A stretch of DNA of 5,931 nt from Octopus sinensis (lineage: Eukaryota), in NCBI RefSeq assembly GCF_006345805.1, contig NW_021829695.1:1-5931 (forward strand). Reading direction: 5' to 3'. The stretch's first letter is position 1. Every line of letters begins with the position of its first letter. The position numbers were made by a program, and so were the translations under genes. This document shows, one piece after another, positions 1 to 5,931 of this stretch. The notes beneath the pieces were generated by a model. It ran no database searches. It was not told the origin of the DNA and saw nothing but the letters and a program-made list of their open reading frames with translations.

Positions 1-263
1 CTATTAGAGCTGTCGAACGTAGCGCTTTGCGATATTATTTCCGCTTTTTATGATCTAAACTACATGACTGTATCGTAACTTTACTCATCTTAAAATTTTT
101 TTCTTCAGTGAACATTCTGTAATGGCGCTTCTGGTTTTCCTAGAAGACGTGAATAAAATGGCATACGGGAAACGCTGAGGCTTGCCAGATCTCTTCCTTG
201 ATGTGTAACGATTGTGATTTTCTAAAAGATTAGATCATCATGCTCCCATTAGGTTTCTTTCAG

Positions 264-315
264 TTCTCTGTATATGAAAGCAGTGCGAGGTTTGCATGAT
301 TTCTATAAATTACAC
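264..315 (+). other. Candidate 52-nt internal exon (unassigned; could read (x)SLYMKAVRGLHDFYKLH)
   Basis: Acceptor-like GGTTTCTTTCAG ends at 263 and a consensus donor CAC|GTGAGT starts at 316. The frame starting at 265 is open across the interval. No homology recognised, and such site pairs occur by chance. Confidence 0.2.
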
Positions 316-570
316 GTGAGTGATACTCGTGTGAAGAAGATCAAAGATTGACAGATGGCTTCGACTTATTACCAGATTTAACCACACGTTTATGAAAGGT
401 GTTGGACCGAAGAATTTTGCATAGGTGGCCGAGTGCTCAGAAGCACATCGATTAATGATTATGGTGTGGATATATTTCCTTGTTAGGTCAAAATGGCCTG
501 GAAAATTTTTACCCAATGTCAGGCTTGGACGATTAGACTTACGCACACATATATATGTACGTAAGAAAAT

Positions 571-654
571 AACAGGATGGTCACGATTGGAATCTCTTTG
601 ATCAAAGATCTGCTCAATCAGGGTTGATCAATAGACAAACAACAATAACAACAA
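571..654 (+). mobile_element. Probable 3' end of a retroposon (SINE/LINE tail) ending in a degenerate (AAC)n tail
   Basis: A complex block GGATGGTCACGATTGGAATCTCTTTGATCAAAGATCTGCTCAATCAGGGTTGATC is followed by CAAACAACAATAACAACAA (636-654). It resembles an abundant octopus repeat end as I recall it; not verified by search. Confidence 0.35.
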
Positions 655-1001
655 GTAAAACATCCAACAAATGTGGGAGTCGAGTAAAAAAATATGGTTG
701 CGTTCCATGTTGCAGTTAATGAAATGAGATGCGACGCTGAAGCTTAAATTAACGTCGGTTTGGAATATAAAAATTCTTCGGTCAAATGATGCCACCGGAA
801 AGAAACGTATTACTAAAATACCACCAATTACTCGAACAAACCTGGCGAATGTCTAAACGGCTCAACATTAAACTGGTTAATGGACTCATCTAGTTATGTA
901 TTTAACTGATCATGCATGAATTACGAGTTGCATCTGTGCAGCAAATAAACATACTCTTGCATAAGAAGTGTGTGTATGTGAGTGTTAATAAAGGTATAAA
1001 T

Positions 1002-1019
1002 TATATACATATATACACC

Positions 1020-1055
<36 letters not shown>

Positions 1056-1056
1056 C
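1002..1056. repeat. (TA)n microsatellite
   Basis: Uninterrupted (AT)n at 1023-1051 with TACA-interrupted flanks. Confidence 0.95.
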
Positions 1057-1080
1057 AGACGTACATATTCATATGTTGCG

Positions 1081-1278
1081 TGTGTGTGTGATTACATGTC
1101 TAGTTTTGTATGAAGGTATGTATATACGTCGTATGTATCTGTATAGATTTGTGTGAGTTGACTGCTATGCTTTACTGTGGTATATATGAGTATATGTGTA
1201 TTTGGAATAAATTGTCTGCGTGTAAAATTATGAGCGTATGTGTGAGTGTATGTGTGTGTGTGTGTGTATGTGTAAGTG
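1081..1278. repeat. Degenerate (TG)n/(TATG)n low-complexity tract
   Basis: TG-rich throughout, purest at 1238-1272. Explains ORF 1110..1322 (CV repeats). Confidence 0.85.
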
Positions 1279-1343
1279 CTTTTAGGAAATCTCTAGTGAG
1301 CTTGTTTGGATGTGCTCCATAATATAACTTGACTCAATCGTAA

Positions 1344-1470
1344 ACACACACTTACATGCACACACACACGTACACACACACACACACACACATCTGCATA
1401 TATATATGTATATATATGTGCGTGTGTATATGCATATATAATACATACATCAACATACCACACACATATC
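1344..1470. repeat. (CA)n microsatellite with TA/TG-mixed extension
   Basis: ACACACACTTACATGCACACACACACGTACACACACACACACACACACA followed by TA/CA mixtures. Confidence 0.9.
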
Positions 1471-1531
1471 ATATTATATATATATATTAATTATATATAA
1501 TATATATATATATTATAATATATATATATAT
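1471..1531. repeat. A/T-only (TA)n tract containing a 32-bp perfect palindrome (1500-1531)
   Basis: 61 consecutive A/T bases; the palindrome is centred on TATTATAATA (1511-1520). Confidence 0.9.
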
Positions 1532-1624
1532 GCATTATACTAGCCCATAATCAGACAAATATGTTACGTGGATATGGACTACAGCATTGCTTTCATACAT
1601 GTATGTGTTACTGGTTGTTTATGC

Positions 1625-1634
1625 ATATATATAT

Positions 1635-1665
<31 letters not shown>

Positions 1666-1760
1666 GTGTGTGGTATATATATATATACATATATCCATTT
1701 TTTCAAGCACGCACATACACACGCTAACACAAGCATACATATATACACACAGAATATTCA
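1625..1760. repeat. (TA)n microsatellite with (CA)/(TACA) extension
   Basis: Long (AT)n at 1625-1664 and 1675-1694, then CACATACACAC-type repeats. Explains the IY/HT-rich ORFs at 1561-1815. Confidence 0.9.
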
Positions 1761-1860
1761 TGTACACTACATGGATGTATTTGGTTTTCTATACATGTGT
1801 TTCATGCTGATATGAGAGCACGTGTCCGCGTGTTTATATTAATGAACGTATACAAATTAT

Positions 1861-2161
1861 GTACCTCTGTATATATATATGCATGCAAATATATTTTAAT
1901 ATGTGAATGTGTGTAGACTTAGCTTTATGTATGTATGTATTTATATACGTTTATATGTATGTGTATTCGTGTATATGTAAATGCGTGAATACACCTACGT
2001 TGCTGTCTATAAACATGTATTCATTTATGTATTTTTACGTGTATGAATGTAAGCGTATACGTATGTATATATTTACATATGTATGTGTGTATGCACATGT
2101 ATATATATGTGTGTGCGTATGTGTGTGTATGAGGTATTTAATTCTAAATTGATGCATATGT
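1861..2161. repeat. Degenerate (TATG)n/(TG)n low-complexity tract
   Basis: Recurrent TATG, TGTA and TGTG units. Explains ORF 1907..2152. Confidence 0.8.
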
Positions 2162-2432
2162 GTAATATTCAATATAATTAATTTTATAACTCTATTAGGC
2201 CGAATAAACAATTAGAAACAACGCGGCAATGAAGGACGCCATGTTGTGAGACACATACATCCGACCCTTTATTCTATACACCCTCTCGTAATGCTATTAT
2301 TTATTTATTCATTATTTATTATATTAATGTTTGTTTATTTATTACAGTTATTACCTCTCTCATTAATGTTTATTTATTTGTCGTTGTTTTTGTAATTTCC
2401 TGGTCTCATATTTGAGTTTTTAATTATTACAA

Positions 2433-2501
2433 ATTATTTTATTATTATTATTATTATCATTATTATTATTATTATTACTATTATTATTATTATTATTATT
2501 A

Positions 2502-2550
<49 letters not shown>

Positions 2551-2582
2551 CATTATTATTATTATTATTATATTCATAATCA

Positions 2583-2637
<55 letters not shown>

Positions 2638-2803
2638 CATCATTATTATTATTATTATTATTATTATATTCATCATCATTATTATTATTTTATTATTATT
2701 ATTATGATTATTATTATTTCATTATATTCATCATTATTATATATTATTATCATTATTATTATTATCCTTATATATTATTATTATTACTATTATTATTATT
2801 ATT
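2433..2803. repeat. Long (ATT)n trinucleotide microsatellite with ATC interruptions
   Basis: About 370 bp of ATT units with scattered ATC/ACT variants. The poly-Ile and poly-Tyr ORFs (2434..2679, 2704..2964) are translations of it. Confidence 0.97.
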
Positions 2804-3184
2804 TATTTTTATTGGGTAATTGTTATTATTTTTTTTTGTTTATTTATTTTTGCAGTTTAATGTCCAGTTTAATTGTTTGTAATTTTCCCCTTAATTACTC
2901 ATTGTTTAGATGTAATCAAAGGAAAAATAAATTAAAACTCCATTTAGGGAGTTGTTTATGTTAGTTTGCATAAATTCTGTAAAACATGGAACACAGATTT
3001 AAAGTGCAACAGATCCCCGGCGTGAAATTCCGCGACAAAAATATGTTACTAAATGCTATAATATTACCGAAAAATAGAAACAAAAAATAAAAATAATAAA
3101 AATGAAAAAAAATATACATATACATGTCACTTAGTCTTTGATTTAATAGGTTTTGTGCAAAAATTTCTACGCAACGCAAGGAGC

Positions 3185-3526
3185 ATGCTTGGCTGTGTGA
3201 TAAAGAAGTTGGCTTCGGAAGTATGTTGTCTTAGGTTCAATCCGGCTGCATGGCATCTTGGGCATAACTGCAATAGTAAAGTATGAAGAAGGGGGCTTTT
3301 TACAATGCAAAATGGGGAAGTTAAGTGACATTTATATATTTCAAGCTCAAAGGCTAATCATCAAAAGCGATGCGTTTACGCTCCCGTAAAAAAAGAGACT
3401 GATATAATAAGTATTAGGCTTTAAAAAATAAGCCTTGGTGTTGTCTTGTTCGATTAAAAAACCTCTAAGGCGGTGCTCCAGCATGGCCGCAGTCAAATGA
3501 CTCAAATAAGTAAAAGAATAAAAGAA
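3185..3526 (+). mobile_element. SINE copy A: diverged tRNA-like head plus 3' tail of the same family as copies B and C, with a non-aligning centre
   Basis: The head 3190-3264 aligns with the B/C heads (A-box-like TGGCTGTGTGA 3190-3200, B-box-like GGTTCAATCC 3234-3243, then CTGCATGGCATCTTGGGCA). The tail 3372-3526 aligns with copy C; 3467-3502 matches 5593-5628 at 32/36. It ends in AAGTAAAAGAATAAAAGAA. Confidence 0.8.
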
Positions 3527-3555
3527 CATACATACGTATACACACACATATAAAA

Positions 3556-3641
3556 AAGAAGAAAAAATTTATTTCACCAATTGACACCCATAAAACATTT
3601 GCTGTATGGATGTCAATTGGGGAAATGATTTTTTGCCTCTT
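3556..3641. ncRNA. Stem-loop with pre-miRNA-like geometry (unassigned; could be a fold-back remnant)
   Basis: 3571-3592 ATTTCACCAATTGACACCCATA is the reverse complement of 3605-3626 at 20/22 positions, around a 12-nt loop. An imperfect lower stem extends to about 3556/3641. No known miRNA recognised. Confidence 0.35.
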
Positions 3642-3847
3642 GTACCTCCTCGCTTTCTTTATATTTTATACACTCCCAATGAAATAATCATTACTTATTG
3701 GATTTACTGGAGTTCAACTCTATATTACACTCGTTTGGTTTGCTTTGGCTTACAATGTGGTTGTAGTCTGATCCATTAAAGAAGATTTCTTTGTGTGTAG
3801 CACCGATTTAGCTAGATTAGTTAAATCCATACCTTACCCATTAAAGA

Positions 3848-4332
3848 AATAGATAGATAAATAGATAGACAGATAGACAAGTAAATAGATAAAAAGAAAG
3901 ATGGATAGATAGATACATAGATAGATAGGTATATATGTGTATGTATATATGAGTATGTATATATATAGATAGATAGATAAACAGACAGACAGACAGACAG
4001 ACAGGCAGACAGATAGATAGATAGATGGATGGATGGATAGGTTGGTAGATAAATAGGTAGATAGATAGATAGATAGAGATCGAAAGATGAATAGATATAG
4101 ATATAGATATGTATAGATTTATATATATATGTGTATATATATATATATATAATATATATATATTATATATATATATATATAATGTATGTAATATATATAT
4201 ATATATATATGATAAATAGACAGATAGATAGAGGGATAAGGGATGGATAGGTAGGTAGGTAGGTAGATAGATAGATAGATAGATGACAGATAGATAGATA
4301 GATATAGATAGATAGATAGATAGATAGATGAG

Positions 4333-4376
<44 letters not shown>
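3848..4376. repeat. Compound (GATA)n/(GACA)n/(GGAT)n/(GGTA)n array with central (TA)n blocks
   Basis: Blocks of GATA, GACA (3981-4011), GGAT, GGTA (4250-4265) and TA (3931-3966, 4120-4210). ORF 3841..4383 (IYLS repeats) is its antisense translation. Confidence 0.97.
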
Positions 4377-4682
4377 CGTACATGATTATCGTGGTAGCAA
4401 AACTGTCGACTCGAAACTAAGTTTCCACCATAGTGTTGGTCGTATGAATGGATAACCTAACAAGACAAGAACTGGCAGATAAACTGAACGGCTCGGCAAC
4501 GGCTGGCCATGAAACCCACAGACGAAAGGTGACCCCATTAAAGCTTTTGGGTACCAGGCTGTTTATCGTTAAAACTTGCCCCGTTTTTGACTTACGGGAG
4601 AATCTCCTTGGTAAGCGTGAGGAACAATCGTTTGGATATTTCTGTTTTTTTTTTTTTATTTATCAATTAGTGACGGTTCGCT

Positions 4683-4753
4683 AAGTCGACCTTAACGAAA
4701 TTTGAACTCAGAATGCAAAAGCAGAATCGTGTGTGCTAACGATTAAGACCAGC
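4683..4753 (-). mobile_element. Truncated head fragment of a second tRNA-derived SINE family
   Basis: The minus strand reads GCTGGTCTTAATCGTTAGCAC...TTCTGAGTTCAAATTTCGTTAAGGTCGACTT, with a B-box-like GAGTTCAAAT. It does not align to the heads of copies A-C. Family resemblance is from memory of octopus repeats. Confidence 0.5.
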
Positions 4754-4790
4754 ATAATAATGGCGTTATTTTACAAAATTCTTCATCGTT

Positions 4791-5133
4791 CTTTTATTAT
4801 TTACTTGTTTCAGTCGACCCCAGGACTCATTCTTTGTAAGCCTAGTACTTATTATATCGGTCTCTTTGGCCAAACTGCTAAGTAACGGGGACGTAAACAT
4901 ACCAGCATTGGATGTCAAGTGATGTTGGGGGTACAAATACAGACACACACATACACACACATACATCTATACGACGGGCTTCTTTCAGTTTCCGTCTACC
5001 AAATCCACTCACAAAGCTTTGGTCGGCCCGAAGCTATAGTAGACGACACTCGCCCAAGGTGCCACGCAGTAGGACTGAACCCTGAACCATGTGGCTGGTA
5101 AGCAAGCTACTTACTACACTGCCACTCCCACGC
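4791..5133 (-). mobile_element. SINE copy B, near full length, with a ~46-nt deletion in the 3' tail
   Basis: Its reverse complement aligns along its length with 5269-5645: 4968-5014 vs 5378-5424 match at 46/47, and 4819-4882 vs 5512-5575 at 60/64. It has an A-box-like element (5112-5124), a B-box-like GGGTTCAGTCCT (5071-5082) and an internal TG microsatellite. Confidence 0.92.
5071..5124 (-). promoter_or_regulatory. Degenerate internal RNA polymerase III promoter (A and B boxes) of SINE copy B
   Basis: TGGCAGTGTAG resembles TRGCNNARYGG and GGTTCAGTCC resembles GGTTCGANTCC, with tRNA-like spacing. Activity unknown. Confidence 0.5.
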
Positions 5134-5268
5134 AGTGCATTTCGGCAAAAAATATTTTTTAAAGAACAGGTTAAAGTAATCTAAATTAAATTCTTCCATC
5201 AAGATTGGTTAATTTATGCCTTAAAGACCAGCTTTATATGTCAATTTTATTTTGCTAAATTCACTATA

Positions 5269-5645
5269 GGTGCAGGAATTGATGTGTGGTAAGTAGCTTG
5301 CTTACCATCCACATGGTTCCTGGTTGAGTCCCACTGCGTGACACCTTGGGGGAGTGTCTTCTACTCTAGCCTCAGGCTTGTGAGTGGATTTGGTAAACGG
5401 AAACTGAAAGAAGCCCGTCGTATATATGTATGCTTGTTTGTGTGTCTGTGTTTCTTCCCCCACCACACCATCGCTTGTCAACCGATGTTGGTGTTTTTAC
5501 GTCCCCCGTACCTTAGCAGTTTGGCAAAAGAGACCGATAGATTAAGTACTAGGCTTACAAAGAATAAGTCCTGGGCTCGATTTGTTCGACTAAAGGCTGT
5601 GCTCCAGCATGGTCGCGGTCAAATAACTGAAACAAGTAAAAGAAA
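5269..5645 (+). mobile_element. SINE copy C, full length, with an ~11-nt internal deletion relative to copy B
   Basis: tRNA-like head with stem-loop TGGTAAG-TAGCTTG-CTTACCA (5288-5308) and decayed boxes (TTGATGTGTGG, GGTTGAGTCC). Then a central domain, a TG-rich linker and a tail ending AACAAGTAAAAGAAA. Lacks CCGACCAAAGC present in B. Confidence 0.92.
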
Positions 5646-5931
5646 TCTCTCTCTATATAAAGCTGAAGTTGTCTGTGTATGGTAGGTTTGGTAGCCTTCA
5701 ACTAACACTATCTCCTCCGAGACCCTGCGGCACAAGTTGACCAAAATTGAGAGTATGATAGAAGAAGGCTTGCTCTTCCTTCCGTAGAAGAAAAAATTCA
5801 AATCGGACCATGTTAACATCAAAAATTATTTACATCAAAAAGGTGCTTTTTTTCTATGAAAATCTCTATTTTTAACGATTTTTTGACTGCTGTGTCGCCA
5901 TTTTTCGGTGTTTTTCAACCAGAAAAATGTT
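5646..5931 (+). mobile_element. Probable 5' portion of a non-autonomous Helitron-type element, truncated by the window edge
   Basis: Begins TC directly after an A (A|TCTCTCTCTATATAAAGCTGAAGTTGTCTGTGT), consistent with the Helitron 5'-TC terminus and A^T insertion site. The TCTATATAAAG...GTCTGT start and TATCTCC...ACCAAAATT block resemble invertebrate non-autonomous Helitrons as I recall them. The diagnostic 3' hairpin and CTRR end are not in the window. Confidence 0.45.

Noticed and set aside
1110-2152. ORFs 1110..1322, 1561..1815, 1568..1810, 1579..1767 and 1907..2152
   Set aside because: They are translations of TA/TG/CA microsatellites (IY, CV, HT repeats), which lack stop codons by composition.
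2237-2245. YY1-like CGCCATGTT (and CGCCATTTT at 5896-5904)
   Set aside because: Short motifs with no promoter context; chance occurrence is likely.
2434-2964. Poly-Ile (2434..2679) and poly-Tyr/Ile (2704..2964) ORFs that mimic transmembrane peptides
   Set aside because: Direct readout of the (ATT)n tract.
2935-2966. Small hairpin AACTCC-ATTTAG-GGAGTT as a Helitron 3' end
   Set aside because: It is followed by GTTAGT rather than CTRR, and no matching 5' end is evident.
2961-3179. 72-aa minus-strand ORF with a hydrophobic middle
   Set aside because: The Phe/Tyr-rich stretch comes from an A-rich low-complexity run (3061-3115); no homology or convincing splice pair.
3841-4383. Longest ORF (180 aa, IYLS repeats)
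   Set aside because: Antisense translation of the (GATA)n array.
4484-4515. Hammerhead-ribozyme-like spacing CTGAAC-GGC...GCC-AT-GAAAC
   Set aside because: The invariant CUGANGA core is absent, stem II is not directly followed by GAAA, and no stems I and III were found.
4745-5232. Direct repeat AAGACCAGC at 4745-4753 and 5224-5232 as a target-site duplication of SINE B
   Set aside because: The copies are about 40 and 90 bp from the element ends, and the left one is inside another SINE fragment.
5269-5345. Possible tRNA genes in the SINE heads
   Set aside because: No complete cloverleaf or acceptor stem; the boxes are decayed and run into SINE body sequence.
4766-5822. ORFs 4766..4966, 4919..5101, 5338..5685 and 5619..5822, plus 3347..3547; some share peptides such as LSSLAKETD
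   Set aside because: They lie in SINE or Helitron-like copies. The shared peptide reflects the repeated DNA, not a gene family.
1-5931. CRISPR array, prokaryotic operon or defence system
   Set aside because: No regularly spaced repeat-spacer units and no gene-dense coding; composition and repeats indicate an animal nuclear genome.

Overview
AT-rich, repeat-dense eukaryotic DNA with no recognisable protein-coding gene, rRNA, tRNA gene or CRISPR array. It reads as intronic or intergenic. From recollection of the SINE sequences (not a database search), the source is probably an octopus or other coleoid cephalopod. Roughly a third of the window is simple repeats: (TA)n, (TG)n/(CA)n, a ~370-bp (ATT/ATC)n tract and a ~530-bp compound (GATA/GACA/GGAT/GGTA/TA) array. 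These explain most ORFs in the track. Three mutually alignable copies of one tRNA-headed SINE are present (3185-3526 +, 4791-5133 -, 5269-5645 +). The last two form a closely spaced inverted pair. Weaker calls are a fragment of a second SINE head (4683-4753 -), a probable retroposon 3' end (571-654) and a probable Helitron-type 5' end running off the right edge (5646-5931). The most notable unexplained structure is a pre-miRNA-shaped hairpin in unique sequence at 3556-3641. I found no evidence of a new multi-gene system; the interesting signals are RNA fold-backs and transposon architecture.
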